Positions 10,879-21,421 of a stretch of DNA of 64,000 nt are shown here, piece after piece (the stretch's first letter is position 1; every line of letters starts with the position of its first letter). This stretch comes from an uncultured cyanobacterium. Its GTDB lineage: Bacteria > Cyanobacteriota > Cyanobacteriia > PCC-9006 > JAAUQQ01. The position numbers and the translations under genes are program-made. Under the pieces are notes generated by a model that did not search any database, had not been told where the DNA came from, and worked only from the letters and a program-made list of their open reading frames with translations. The stretch spans positions 3,552,001 to 3,616,000 of the forward strand of contig OY970368.1 of the NCBI GenBank assembly GCA_963718615.1, given 5' to 3'.

Positions 10879-12390
10879 TTACGAAGCAATGGCAGAGCCT
10901 AAAGAATCCGGTAAGGGTGGACGCTGGGCTTTGCGCTCGAACCCAATGCCTGCAATTAAAACGCCAATGCCACAGAGAACAAACACCAATGCCTTGAGCA
11001 TTAAGCCCGTATCGTACTCAAACATGCGGGTGAGAATATCCACAACCAGCAACACCATACCGCCCCAAAAACAACTGCGATTGCCTCCGGCTAGACCATC
11101 TCGGATGAGGGCGATCGCCATCAATCCCAATAAAATATTGAGGATCCAAGGACCCACCAGGGGCAGCGGTACAAAAACTTGATGAACCAGATACAGCGCC
11201 ACAGGAATCGTAATCAGAAGCGCCACCATACCGCTATTGAGCGCCCGCAGTTGGAAGCGCCGAAATCCCGGAAACTGACGCATCAGCGACATCCAGCCCA
11301 GCTTCGCGACAACGAGCAAGAGAGGTGCTTGCAGCAAAATAGGCCAGAGATTGCGTAGACCATTGGCAGTCCCAGAGTCATTCCCTAGGGGAGGTCGCCA
11401 AAGACCATGAAACGCAAATCCATAGAGATTAATGCCTAACAAAATTAATGCAATGACCCGTGAAATTTGTCGAAATGAATGATTGAGAGCGAAGGGCAAA
11501 TCAGTGCTAGAACCGTCTAGAAATGGAGGATGTTGAACGGGGGAGATTTGGCCTTCAGGACGAGAAGAACGGCGATCGCGCCAAACCCCAGTCAGTTGCC
11601 AAGACTGACGATCATAGACCCAAAGCAAGGCCGGACACAAAAAGATAAAACTCCCCACAAACCAGTTTGGTAAGAGATAGCCATTGCCCAGGAGATTGCT
11701 GTTAAAGCTCATCACCAGCGCGATCGCCCCCAGCCCAAACAACACCCGCGATCGACACCAGTAGGCCAAGGGCAAAAACAGCCCAATCAACACCAGCGGC
11801 ATGAATTGAACGATCGCAGCCCAAAAGCCCTCATGGGAGCCATAGCCCCAAAAGCCATTGAACCCACTGCCGTAGCCGCAGACCAACAAAATCAGCGACA
11901 GAATCGCCAATGACGTTAACCGCAGCCCGTAGGCCATTAGCGCAACGCAAAATCCCCAAACCAGAAACAAAACGTAAACCGGTCCCGACTGGTGAAACAT
12001 CTGGGGGAGCAAACCCAGATTGGCCCCGAGGATGAGCATAGAGAGGAGTAACAGCGCGTGCCCCCAGCGGCTGGGACTGGTGCGAGGCGATCGCCAGAGA
12101 TAAAACCCTGTTACCCCGGTGCCGATAAAGCCGCCCAGCAACACCGCTACCTTGAAAAGCCGCGTCCAGCCCTGCCAGTTCGCCGCCACAAAGGTAATGA
12201 CCCCTAGCCCCAGGAGCACCGCTCCGAGACCGAGCAAAATCATGATAAAGCTGTTGCTGGCCTCCTGCTCTAAGCCCGCAATCCGGTACCGTTGGGCCAG
12301 GGCCTCATAGACCGTTGTATCAATCAAGCCATCCTTGCGCCACTGGTCCATTTCCTGGCGCAATTGGCGACGAAACTTATCCGCAGCCAT
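10879..12390 (-). CDS. DUF2157 multi-pass membrane protein
   Basis: W..DGLID...Y N-terminus, LGVITFVAANW, many TM helices. Confidence 0.82.
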   Translation of the reverse strand: MAADKFRRQLRQEMDQWRKDGLIDTTVYEALAQRYRIAGLEQEASNSFIMILLGLGAVLLGLGVITFVAANWQGWTRLFKVAVLLGGFIGTGVTGFYLWRSPRTSPSRWGHALLLLSMLILGANLGLLPQMFHQSGPVYVLFLVWGFCVALMAYGLRLTSLAILSLILLVCGYGSGFNGFWGYGSHEGFWAAIVQFMPLVLIGLFLPLAYWCRSRVLFGLGAIALVMSFNSNLLGNGYLLPNWFVGSFIFLCPALLWVYDRQSWQLTGVWRDRRSSRPEGQISPVQHPPFLDGSSTDLPFALNHSFRQISRVIALILLGINLYGFAFHGLWRPPLGNDSGTANGLRNLWPILLQAPLLLVVAKLGWMSLMRQFPGFRRFQLRALNSGMVALLITIPVALYLVHQVFVPLPLVGPWILNILLGLMAIALIRDGLAGGNRSCFWGGMVLLVVDILTRMFEYDTGLMLKALVFVLCGIGVLIAGIGFERKAQRPPLPDSLGSAIAS

Positions 12391-12485
12391 AATTCCCCGA
12401 GATCCGTAGATCGATCGACAGAGTCTCCTTTCACCTTGCCATAGCCGTTTGCAAAACCGCTCTGTTTGAGTAGACAGTTTTACAA

Positions 12486-12908
12486 TTGCCTGTTGAGGGG
12501 GACGGGGTTTATGGTTTGGATCTTTTGGATATCTTTATGGCTTTGTTTCCGCAAACGGCTTGTCTGGCGATCGCCACGGCTAATTTTGACGAAATGGTCA
12601 ATTTTTATCAAGCCTTGCTGGGGCAAACGCCTTTGCCGTTTCAGGGCGATCGCTATGCCGAGTTTCAGCTTCCCGGTTTGCGTCTAGCCCTATTTCGCCC
12701 CAAGCCTGACCACCAGGCTGAATTTTCTAGCCCAGCTCAAAGTCCTCTCAGTCTTTGTCTCACGGTAACGGATTTAGCGGCAGCGCGGGAGGTGTTGGTG
12801 GCGTTGGGGGCTGGGGTGGGAGAAGGGGCGATCGCCTCCCACGGCCAAGAGTTTTATGCCTATGATCCCCAAGGGAATCGTTTAATTGTGTATCAACCCT
12901 GCCCCTAA
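12486..12908 (+). CDS. VOC/glyoxalase family protein (true start probably ATG 12537)
   Basis: FYQALLG, YAEFQL, SHGQEFYAYDPQGNRL. Confidence 0.8.
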   Translation: MPVEGDGVYGLDLLDIFMALFPQTACLAIATANFDEMVNFYQALLGQTPLPFQGDRYAEFQLPGLRLALFRPKPDHQAEFSSPAQSPLSLCLTVTDLAAAREVLVALGAGVGEGAIASHGQEFYAYDPQGNRLIVYQPCP

Positions 12909-12956
12909 GGGAGAGGCGTCCTCAGATAATGCAAGTATTGAATTATTGCCTTCAGG

Positions 12957-13685
12957 ATGGCTGTAGCCATGGCCTATTCGTCTTCTGCGCCTGACTCGAC
13001 GCCAGCTTCGGCTTCTTCCCCATTGCCCTTCCCTTGGCCACCGCAGTGGAAGTCAGAAGAGGTTGAGGCGGTTTTGAATCCCCTTTTGAATCCCCTTTTG
13101 AACCCCCAAGAATGGGCGCAGCAATGGCCAGGGGCTCAAGAAATCCTGGCGCTGCGTCAGGTTCATGCCCTAGAACATGCCACCGTTTGGGTGTTGAGCA
13201 ATCATCCAGAGGTGTTGGGCTATGCCTCAGCCTCTAGAGTAGGCCAGCGCACGGTTATCCCCTTGCAAGACGATGGTCGCCTCAGTGGACTGTCTACCCA
13301 CTATGGTTTTTATCTCTACGGCCCTGTCAGTACCGCCCGCATTAAATGGGCGGCCAATGCGGCACTGGACCGGCTGCTAGCGGGTGATGTTCACCTAGCT
13401 CAGCATCCTCGCTGTGGCACAAACTTGCTAGTGCATCTGCTGGTAACCACAGGGCTGGCAGTAGGGGTATCAAGCCTCATGCCCAAGCGACCGCTAGAGC
13501 AATGGGCGGGATTGGGGTTAGCCGCTGCCGCCGCCAAGCTCTTGACGCCAGACCTCGGCCACTGGTGCCAGGAGCACCTGACGACGGCTCTCCCTGAGAA
13601 TCTGAGGATCATTCAGGTGAGCGAAACGCTAGATTTTTGGGGCAAGCCCGCTCACTTTGTGCGCACCCAGTGGTTAAACTCGTGA
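12957..13685 (+). CDS. DUF6391-like conserved protein
   Basis: RQVHALEHATVWVL and LA.HPRCGTN motifs; contains a 12-bp LNPL x3 duplication. Confidence 0.7.
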   Translation: MAVAMAYSSSAPDSTPASASSPLPFPWPPQWKSEEVEAVLNPLLNPLLNPQEWAQQWPGAQEILALRQVHALEHATVWVLSNHPEVLGYASASRVGQRTVIPLQDDGRLSGLSTHYGFYLYGPVSTARIKWAANAALDRLLAGDVHLAQHPRCGTNLLVHLLVTTGLAVGVSSLMPKRPLEQWAGLGLAAAAAKLLTPDLGHWCQEHLTTALPENLRIIQVSETLDFWGKPAHFVRTQWLNS

Positions 13686-13712
13686 GGGACTCGTTAGCAA
13701 ACGCCAAAGACT

Positions 13713-14597
13713 GTGCCGGAATTACCAGAAGTTGAAACGGTCCGCCTGGGTCTTAATCAGGTGACCTGTGGCCCGAAAATTGTGGGGGGTGAGGTTTTGC
13801 TGGGTCGGACCATCGCCTTTCCCCCAGAGGCCACAGGCTTTATTCCAGGATTAATGGGTTGCGTGATCCATAACTGGGAACGGCGGGGCAAATATTTGCT
13901 TGCAGAACTGCGTAAAGCGGATGCGCTCACAACTCTAGCGTCCGGCGGCTGGTGGGGCGTGCATCTGCGTATGACGGGGCAGCTCCTCTGGGTCTCCCCC
14001 CAAGAGCCCGTGCACAAGCATACGCGGGTGCGGGTTTGGTTCCAGGACCCGGCCCAGGCCCAGTTTGAACTGAGGTTTGTGGATACGCGCACCTTTGGCC
14101 AAATGTGGTGGGTACCGCCCACCCAAGCGCGGGAAACGGTGGTGACGGGATTGCAAAAGTTAGGGCCGGAGCCATTTTCTGAGGACTTTTCGGTGGGGTA
14201 TTTGCGCGATCGCCTCAAACTCACCCATCGCCCGATCAAAAACGCCCTGCTCGACCAACGCCTCGTTGCCGGAGTGGGCAATATCTATGCCGATGAATCC
14301 CTGTTCCTCAGCGGAATTCGTCCGACCTGCCCGAGCGATCGCCTCAGCGCGGCCAAGGTAGCCAAACTACGCGAAGCCATCATCCAGGTTCTACGGGACA
14401 GCATCGGTGCAGGCGGTACCACCTTTAGCGATTTCCGCAGCGTTGAGGGGATCAATGGCAACTACGGAGCGGCGGCTTGGGTGTATAACCGCACGGGAGA
14501 GCCCTGTCGAACCTGTGGAAGTTTGATTGAGCGCACCAAGCTAGCAGGGCGATCGGCCCATTTTTGTCCAAGCTGTCAAAACATCGGCGCTCCGTGA
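13713..14597 (+). CDS. mutM: Formamidopyrimidine-DNA glycosylase
   Basis: MPELPEVETV, HLRMTG, GVGNIYADE, C-terminal CxxC...CxxCQ zinc finger. Confidence 0.97.
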   Translation: MPELPEVETVRLGLNQVTCGPKIVGGEVLLGRTIAFPPEATGFIPGLMGCVIHNWERRGKYLLAELRKADALTTLASGGWWGVHLRMTGQLLWVSPQEPVHKHTRVRVWFQDPAQAQFELRFVDTRTFGQMWWVPPTQARETVVTGLQKLGPEPFSEDFSVGYLRDRLKLTHRPIKNALLDQRLVAGVGNIYADESLFLSGIRPTCPSDRLSAAKVAKLREAIIQVLRDSIGAGGTTFSDFRSVEGINGNYGAAAWVYNRTGEPCRTCGSLIERTKLAGRSAHFCPSCQNIGAP

Positions 14598-14621
14598 CGG
14601 GATCTCGGCGTTATCTCGGCC

Positions 14622-15104
14622 TTAGGAGTATTCCTCCAGCTCTGGCAATCCCATCGGCAACACCATGGCCTTAATGCCATTCGGATCTTCCTCAAAATCC
14701 GATCGCCGCAGCAGAGCTTGATTCTCTAGAGTTGCGAAAATAGACAAAGCACATTGGGATAGGCCGCGCTTGGTTTCCTGTTTGAACCGCTCCAAAATTT
14801 GTCGCTTCACCGCCTCAGGATTATTCAGCGTCGGCATCGCTATAAAATCTAGGATCGCGATATTGAACACCCCATCTCCACTGGCTCGGGCGAAGCCAAT
14901 GAGGGTGCGATCGCTAATCGTTCGAGCCGTCACGCAAAACAGTGAGTGCTGAAGAGCAACTTGAAGCTTCGTCAACTCCCGCGCAGGCAGCCCCGCCTGT
15001 ACCCAAAATTGATTGAGTTCTGCGGGATCTATGTGAGACTCCACGGCGATGCGGATGCGGGGCGATCGCTTCGAGAAAAACGACTGAGACAAGACAGTGG
15101 CCAT
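14622..15104 (-). CDS. GNAT family acetyltransferase (Ycf52-like)
   Basis: KLQVALQHS, LIGFARASGDGVFN, F..DPNGIKAM. The acetyl-CoA motif A looks degenerate. Confidence 0.7.
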   Translation of the reverse strand: MATVLSQSFFSKRSPRIRIAVESHIDPAELNQFWVQAGLPARELTKLQVALQHSLFCVTARTISDRTLIGFARASGDGVFNIAILDFIAMPTLNNPEAVKRQILERFKQETKRGLSQCALSIFATLENQALLRRSDFEEDPNGIKAMVLPMGLPELEEYS

Positions 15105-15230
15105 GGATCAATCAATCGGATAGCTCAAATCTAACTCCCGAAGGACGGGGCGGCAACAGGGCTGGGCCTACAGAGGGATGGGAAATAACCGTCAATCCGC
15201 TTGAATAGGGGCTACAGGCAACCTGCACAG

Positions 15231-15290
15231 TAAAAACTGGCTAAAAACTGGCTAAAAACTGACTGGTTCAAAACCAACTGGTTCAAAACC
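15231..15290. repeat. Intergenic short tandem repeats: TAAAAACTGGC x~3 and ACTGGTTCAAAACC x2
   Basis: Read directly in the divergent intergenic region. Confidence 0.85.
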
Positions 15291-15314
15291 GACTGCAAGA
15301 CAAGCCCCCTATGT

Positions 15315-15962
15315 TTGCATCTATCAGAATTCGATCTTTCTAGAGGCACTTTATCCATGACTTCTTCTAATTATCCCACTGACCCTGGCACGGCTCAATA
15401 CCCCGTCGAAAAAGGGGTTCCCGTTACGACCGTCGCTGAGGGGGAAGCCGAGCTGCTATACCGTCGTGTTAATGCCCTACAGGATCGCTACAACACGCTG
15501 ATGGCGTTGTCGATAGGGACTCTCGTTGCCGTTTTGGGTCTGCTGGGATGGAGCGTTTATCAGTCCATCCAGCAGTCCAAGATTGCAGAACGGCAAGCTG
15601 CAATCATTTCAGCCACCTCTGATTCGGTTGATTTTGCACGACTGCAATCCTTGGATGAGAATCTGCAACAGCTAGAACAGCGGGTGCCTGAGGGTTTGAG
15701 TACTCAACTTTCCCAGACCCAAGCATCGGTGAATACCCTTTCGGGACAAGTTGAACAACTCCGAACCAATAGTCAAAATGCTGACGCCTTAACCACTGAT
15801 ATTACGCAACTGAATGAACGGGTTGCTAATTTGCAAACTCAGTTGAATCAAATGTCGACCAGTGCGCCCTCCAGCGCTCCGACTACCCCCCCGCCGTCTG
15901 CGGCAACGAACAGCCCAGCACCAAACGCTGCGACCTCGCCCAGCCCTACGGCGACCCCTTAA
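15315..15962 (+). CDS. Single-TM coiled-coil protein with Ser/Pro/Thr-rich tail (start probably ATG 15357)
   Basis: TM helix, heptad Q/L-rich region, low-complexity tail. Confidence 0.7.
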   Translation: MHLSEFDLSRGTLSMTSSNYPTDPGTAQYPVEKGVPVTTVAEGEAELLYRRVNALQDRYNTLMALSIGTLVAVLGLLGWSVYQSIQQSKIAERQAAIISATSDSVDFARLQSLDENLQQLEQRVPEGLSTQLSQTQASVNTLSGQVEQLRTNSQNADALTTDITQLNERVANLQTQLNQMSTSAPSSAPTTPPPSAATNSPAPNAATSPSPTATP

Positions 15963-16024
15963 AATCGTCCATAGTCTTGAGCTAGGTAGGAACATGGCAG
16001 TGCCATGTTCCTACTGCCTGTTAC

Positions 16025-16894
16025 CTATGAACCGAGGGGTTCAATATAGTCCACCGCGACCCAGCGAGCCTCGCCGATTTTGGCCCAGAACAAATTGCCC
16101 GCTGCCTGGAGCTCTCCGGTCAAACACACCTCAGTCTCATTGGCTAGAATCTCTACAATCTCGCCATTAGGTGCGCTGCGGGCATTGAGTCCTAGGGGCG
16201 ATCGCACTCTCCCTCTTTTTGTGGTAGGAGTACAGGGAATATTTCCTGTCCCTTCCACTTGATTTGGACTTCCTGGTGTTGGATTATTTCCATTGGTCTG
16301 CACTAACCAGGCCGTCGCGACCCATCCTTGAGCCACCCGAATCCATTCCTCCCGAGTTTCCAAAACCGTTAACGGCGTGCCATTGGCAAAACTGCCAATC
16401 ACGGCTCCCCTCGGCGCATTGCGCAGATAGAGATCTCCCCCGTTGGTATTGACCCGCACCGCTGTCCCCGGCGGCCAGCCGCCGCCGCTGCCGCCCTGCT
16501 GACAATCTAACAGGGGATTCAAGCCGAGAGCGCTGAGCGTACCCGACTCCACAATGCCGTTGGCGGTGAGGCGTCGATCCTGTTGGAACCGAACCACGGC
16601 AAACTCCGTCTTGCCCCCAAAGAGACCATCGACCGGTCCGACGGCATAGCCTCGATTGACCAGAGCCGTTTGGAGATTGCGAATCGTGCTGGCAGGGCAA
16701 GCTTCGGTCCGACGTATGACGGCTTCTGCCACACCGGGGTCGATCAGAGTTGAGGTTGCAACCATGCTCGTCAGCACCACGGTCGTTGCGACGGATTGGC
16801 CTAAGGTTTCGAGAGATGTTTCAAAAGACTGGAGCGGTAATTCAGCTAAATCCGGACGATCCTGTGCGATCGCCGCAATGGCAAGGCTTTCCAT
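16025..16894 (-). CDS. Peptidoglycan-binding domain plus two bacterial SH3 domains
   Basis: LQTAL...GY..GPVDG.FG..TE.AV..FQ...L.ANGIV; two L..R.AP.G.. W SH3b repeats. Confidence 0.85.
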   Translation of the reverse strand: MESLAIAAIAQDRPDLAELPLQSFETSLETLGQSVATTVVLTSMVATSTLIDPGVAEAVIRRTEACPASTIRNLQTALVNRGYAVGPVDGLFGGKTEFAVVRFQQDRRLTANGIVESGTLSALGLNPLLDCQQGGSGGGWPPGTAVRVNTNGGDLYLRNAPRGAVIGSFANGTPLTVLETREEWIRVAQGWVATAWLVQTNGNNPTPGSPNQVEGTGNIPCTPTTKRGRVRSPLGLNARSAPNGEIVEILANETEVCLTGELQAAGNLFWAKIGEARWVAVDYIEPLGS

Positions 16895-17140
16895 AGCATG
16901 ATAACCCTTGAATGACTCAATAAAAGCATCCGCGTTCTCAGAGCTTAGAACGCGACCAAGCAGATTGCAGGGAAAGCACAGACATAGGGAGAGTAACGTT
17001 CAATACTCGATGTCTTGCTAATTCTCACCCTATCGTTTTTTTCTCTAGAACGACAAGCGAACGATAGAAAACGACAAAAATTTAAAACTTGACGCCGGTA
17101 AATACTCTGGAAGTAGGATAGTAGCAACTTGCGTGTATGA

Positions 17141-17971
17141 GTGTATTTTTTAATGCATAACTTTGTGGTTTCTTTCCTGGCGATCGCCCTCAGCCTTTCT
17201 GCTCTTTCGAACCTCTATGAGAAGCAAGCCTGGTCACAACTGGAAGTCAAAACGGCTCGAGTTAATGGGGGATTTACGGAGTCAAATCAGCAAGAAATCT
17301 TACCCAATCCTTCCTCGTCTCTCCAGTCTATTGGAACCCTTATTGGGGGCGATCGCCCAGATTTACCGCTAGAAGCCCGGTCTTACAGCGGGACAGAATT
17401 AGAATATTTCATGAAGATTGCTCTGGGGAGCGAATATGGCGACGCTGGCGGACGGATTCACAAGTGGGATGCGGCTCAAGGGGTGCGGATTTGGGTGACC
17501 GGTATGCCCACGGAGCGCGATCGCCAAACCCTGACAGCGGTGATGACCGAATTACAGGCCATCACGGGCATGGCGATCGCCCTAGCCGACCGTCCTGACT
17601 CTAGCAATATCACGCTGCACTTTGGACCGGATGGAGAGTTCTCCCAGGTCCTGTCAACCTATGTTCCGGGCAACAAGGGCTTTTTCTGGACGTGGTGGGA
17701 CCAAGACCGCATTACCCGCGCCACGATTTTGATCTCGACGGAAGGCATTACCCAAGGTGAGCGATCGCACCTCATCCGGGAGGAGCTCACCCAGTCCCTC
17801 GGCCTGATGCAGGATACCTGGGACGATGCCAACAGTATTTTTTATCAAGGCTGGACGGCCACGGAGCAGTTTTCAACGCTGGATCGGGCGGTGATTCAGT
17901 TGCTCTATGACCCGGCGATCGCTCCAGGAATGACGGCGGAACAAGTGCGCCAAAGTCTAGAGCTTCGGTAA
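17141..17971 (+). CDS. DUF2927 domain exported protein
   Basis: Signal-like N-terminus; HLIREELTQSLGLMQD, SIFY, LLYDP.I.PGM. Confidence 0.8.
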   Translation: MYFLMHNFVVSFLAIALSLSALSNLYEKQAWSQLEVKTARVNGGFTESNQQEILPNPSSSLQSIGTLIGGDRPDLPLEARSYSGTELEYFMKIALGSEYGDAGGRIHKWDAAQGVRIWVTGMPTERDRQTLTAVMTELQAITGMAIALADRPDSSNITLHFGPDGEFSQVLSTYVPGNKGFFWTWWDQDRITRATILISTEGITQGERSHLIREELTQSLGLMQDTWDDANSIFYQGWTATEQFSTLDRAVIQLLYDPAIAPGMTAEQVRQSLELR

Positions 17972-20365
17972 AAGTTGTGGCAGCAAGCTACCAGGCACTT
18001 GGGAAAGCGCCCGATTTTGGCCCTGGCTGCCCCAGATCTCGTAATACTTGCGCACGGTCTGCGTCAAAATTTCCATGGCCGCCTCGCGCAACTCCGGTTT
18101 ATCTTTCCAGCCTTCCATCGCCTGGGTTTGGTGGATCAGGGCATCGTCCAAATGCTCCTCTTGGCGATCGCGGTCTAGGGTTTCGCCATAGTCGGTCGCC
18201 AGTTGATAGTGAACCAGGCCCAGATTGCTATGGGTTGAGTTGAGGTCAAAGCTGAGGGATTGAGCAGCCCCCTGGTCTTGCAGGAATTTCACCGCCTTGA
18301 GTGCCGCATCATAGGCGCGAATGCTGAGCTGCAAATACTCCTGGGCGGCGGCTTCGTTGCCCTGGCATTGGTTGGCCAATTGCCAATAAGCCGTCCCGAG
18401 ATTGTTTTGGGTGGCGGCATAGCTGCTGGGGGCCACCTCCAACGTCCGAAATCGCAGGGCGTTGTTGTAGGCATTCACTGCCAAGAGCAGCCAATCCTGG
18501 GCCATAAAGCCAGCGGAGCCGTTGGTATCTTGGGTGTCGATGGCGGGAGCATGCTGGGCCAGATTCCAGTACGCCGTGCCCAAATTATTTTGGATCATGG
18601 CGTAGCTGTCGGGTTGCTCATCGGGATTGTAGTATTGGGCCGCTTGGGAATAGGCGGCGATCGCACATTTCAAATGCTCCGCCGGTGTTTCATGTTGGGC
18701 CAAGTGCCAATAGGCCGTTCCCAGATTATTTTGCGTGGAGGCATACTTTTGGGGCGACTGATCCGGCTGTCGGAAGCGCAGGGCTTCTTTATAGGCTTCA
18801 ACCGCCTGCTGCAGATTTTCGATGGGATCCTGCTGATGGGCTTGGTCACTATGGACCGTGCCCAAATTATTTTGCAGCATCGCGTAGGAGCGAGACTGGG
18901 TTTCCGGATTGGTATTTTTCAAACCCAAGCGGTAGGTTTGAATGGCCAGACGCAGATAGGACTGGCCCATTTCCGCTGACTCCGGTTGGCGAGAGGCCAT
19001 CCAGTAAAGCGTGCCCAAGTCGTTGAGGGTGTCAGGCCAAGAAATTCGGCTATTGTCCGCGCTAGGATCGTTGAAACACAACCATTCGAGAACTTGCTCA
19101 TAGGCCACGATCGCATAACGGATAAAGTCCTGGGACGTATCCCCCTTCTCCATGCGGTGGCGATAGAACCGGCCTAGCTCTAAATAGGCCAAGGCCAACG
19201 CTTCCGAGGTATTGCCCTGGGTGCGCAGATCTTCGATCGCGGCGAGAAGCTGGGCTTCCTGCTGATCCGCAGCGGCCACGAAACTATCCTGAGACTGTCC
19301 TGCCGTTGTGGGCTGTGCCGCTTTCTCCTGGGGAGGCTGTGCCGTTTGTGCAGCGGCTGGTGCAGCGGCTGGTTCAGCAGTTGGCGCGAGAGCAGCATCG
19401 GACCGGGGAGCCGGGGTTACGGGGGCTAATGGGGTTAAGGCTTGGCTTGTGGGGACCGGAGGCGTCTCCGACGCATGCTGACCGTGGAGCAGGACGAGGT
19501 TTTGCGGGGCTTTTTCTACCGGTTCGACTGGGGCAACCAGCGGGCCTCCCGTCTCAATGCCGCTGTGCTGGGGCACATCCTCGTTGGCAAACAGGGGTAG
19601 GGGTTCACTGACAAATTCAAACACACCGCTGCACCACTGCCAGCATTCCGGCGCAGACTGACGAATATTGTGATACCAGGGGTGGGTCACCCAGAGGACC
19701 AGTGAAGAGTTGAGCGCAGGCAGGTGACGCTCGATGGTGCGCAGATAGCTCAGGAACAGCCGCTGGACTGCCGCTGGTTGACGGGTGAGTTGCTCAATGC
19801 CGAGAATTTGGAAACCTGGCATGGAGAGATCAAAGGAGGGAGTGTGACGCGATCGCCCCTCCGTTGCCACCTGTTTGCGTAACCAATGGGACACCTGCGC
19901 CATCGGATTGGGATCGGCCAAATCCAGCTTGAGGCTCACCAGCAGATCGCGGGTCTCCAGGGCTCCATCAGCCCCAGTTCTGGGGGCCTGAACGCCATAC
20001 CCATTACCCGCATGCCCATTGCCTGCATGCCCGTTGCCTGCATGTCCATTCCCTGTATGGCCATGCTCCTCTGCGGTGGGCATCATTCCCCGCGCAAGTT
20101 CCCGGTGAAGCTGTCCGGCTAGCCGATTGCGCAAATTCAGATCATCACAGACCGCAATGAACAACTGACGCCGCAAATCAAGACTCAGCGAGGTTTTTAA
20201 GCGCTGATAGACTTGCTGATTATAGGGAGATGCTAACTGGGCGGCAGAGTCGCTCATGGGAAGACCATCGAGATGACGACGGCTAGAGGATGGAAGTTCG
20301 AGAAGGGTGGCCACGGGTATATATAGTTTCTGGGGAGAATCTAAACCTGTGAAGGTGGCGGACAA
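17957..20365 (-). CDS. Tetratricopeptide-repeat protein (start probably ATG 20257)
   Basis: Repeated YA..QNNLGTAYW.LA TPR units; GNGHA repeats in the N-terminal part. Confidence 0.85.
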   Translation of the reverse strand: MSATFTGLDSPQKLYIPVATLLELPSSSRRHLDGLPMSDSAAQLASPYNQQVYQRLKTSLSLDLRRQLFIAVCDDLNLRNRLAGQLHRELARGMMPTAEEHGHTGNGHAGNGHAGNGHAGNGYGVQAPRTGADGALETRDLLVSLKLDLADPNPMAQVSHWLRKQVATEGRSRHTPSFDLSMPGFQILGIEQLTRQPAAVQRLFLSYLRTIERHLPALNSSLVLWVTHPWYHNIRQSAPECWQWCSGVFEFVSEPLPLFANEDVPQHSGIETGGPLVAPVEPVEKAPQNLVLLHGQHASETPPVPTSQALTPLAPVTPAPRSDAALAPTAEPAAAPAAAQTAQPPQEKAAQPTTAGQSQDSFVAAADQQEAQLLAAIEDLRTQGNTSEALALAYLELGRFYRHRMEKGDTSQDFIRYAIVAYEQVLEWLCFNDPSADNSRISWPDTLNDLGTLYWMASRQPESAEMGQSYLRLAIQTYRLGLKNTNPETQSRSYAMLQNNLGTVHSDQAHQQDPIENLQQAVEAYKEALRFRQPDQSPQKYASTQNNLGTAYWHLAQHETPAEHLKCAIAAYSQAAQYYNPDEQPDSYAMIQNNLGTAYWNLAQHAPAIDTQDTNGSAGFMAQDWLLLAVNAYNNALRFRTLEVAPSSYAATQNNLGTAYWQLANQCQGNEAAAQEYLQLSIRAYDAALKAVKFLQDQGAAQSLSFDLNSTHSNLGLVHYQLATDYGETLDRDRQEEHLDDALIHQTQAMEGWKDKPELREAAMEILTQTVRKYYEIWGSQGQNRALSQVPGSLLPQLLPKL

Positions 20366-20681
20366 CCCTATCCTCCTTCACGTCAGACCCCCTTGGCAGG
20401 AGCAATGGACTCCTGAGCCACTTGACTGATCGGGCTTGATAAATCGAATTTGAAAAATCGAGTTTAACAAGCCGGGCTGCTGAGACGATAAATCCAGCAT
20501 AGGGTTATTTTCGTAACTAAATTTTAGTCACTAACCTTACGTGAATCTAGCGCTCATCCTTGGGAATCGTGAGGTGATTACTTCTTCAGCGGTAATATCC
20601 TGCTTTCAGGATGGACAGCGTAGAAAGTGACTGGATACAGCAAGGCTTTTCTGTATCAGCCGATACGGTTGCGTGGCGAGT

Positions 20682-21362
20682 CTAGAGAGAGTTGTCTGGG
20701 AAAGCAGCAGCAGGATTGGGGCAAGGGCCTTGGAAAGTGCTTTGAAAGGCAAGCAGGAGGCGATCGCGATCCCATCGATCGACAGGTTCTGCGAGGGGTT
20801 CTAATTCGCCCAGGATGGAAACTTGTCCGTAGGTGGCGATCGCGTCTCGATTACCAGGATTGCGAGGACCGTTAAGCACGACCCCCAGGATCGGAATCCC
20901 GGCACAGCGCAGTTGCGCCAGGGAGAGCAAGGTGTGATTAATCGTGCCCAGGGTACTGCGGGCGACGAGGAGAACGGGAAGATCGAGGGTTTTGATCAGA
21001 TCAATGATGTAGTCTTGGGCATTAATCGGGACCATTAGCCCCCCGGCTCCCTCGACGATGAGGTGGGGTTTGTCTGACGCAGGACGCTGGAAATCGCTGA
21101 GCTGAAGGGAGAGGCCATCGATCGCCGCCGCCGCATGGGGGGACAGGGGCTGACTCAGCCGATAGCGTTCGGGGAGAAAATGGCTGGCATCGAGGCCGGT
21201 GATTTGGCGGACAAACTCGGTATCGGTGGGGGGGGTGAGGCCCGATTGGATGGGTTTCCAGTAGGCGGCCCCTAGGCCCAGGGTTAACAGGGCTGAGACG
21301 ACCGTTTTGCCCACGTCGGTGTCGGTGCCGGTGACAAAAAAGGCGGGAGGAAAGGTAAACAT
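20682..21362 (-). CDS. bioD: Dethiobiotin synthase
   Basis: FVTGTDTDVGKT, WKPIQSG, VEGAGG, LGTINHTLLS. Confidence 0.96.
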   Translation of the reverse strand: MFTFPPAFFVTGTDTDVGKTVVSALLTLGLGAAYWKPIQSGLTPPTDTEFVRQITGLDASHFLPERYRLSQPLSPHAAAAIDGLSLQLSDFQRPASDKPHLIVEGAGGLMVPINAQDYIIDLIKTLDLPVLLVARSTLGTINHTLLSLAQLRCAGIPILGVVLNGPRNPGNRDAIATYGQVSILGELEPLAEPVDRWDRDRLLLAFQSTFQGPCPNPAAAFPDNSL

Positions 21363-21421
21363 GGCAAGGGTGCAACTCCTGAACGGTTGGCGCTTTATTT
21401 TGAATGGCTACCTTTGGATGG

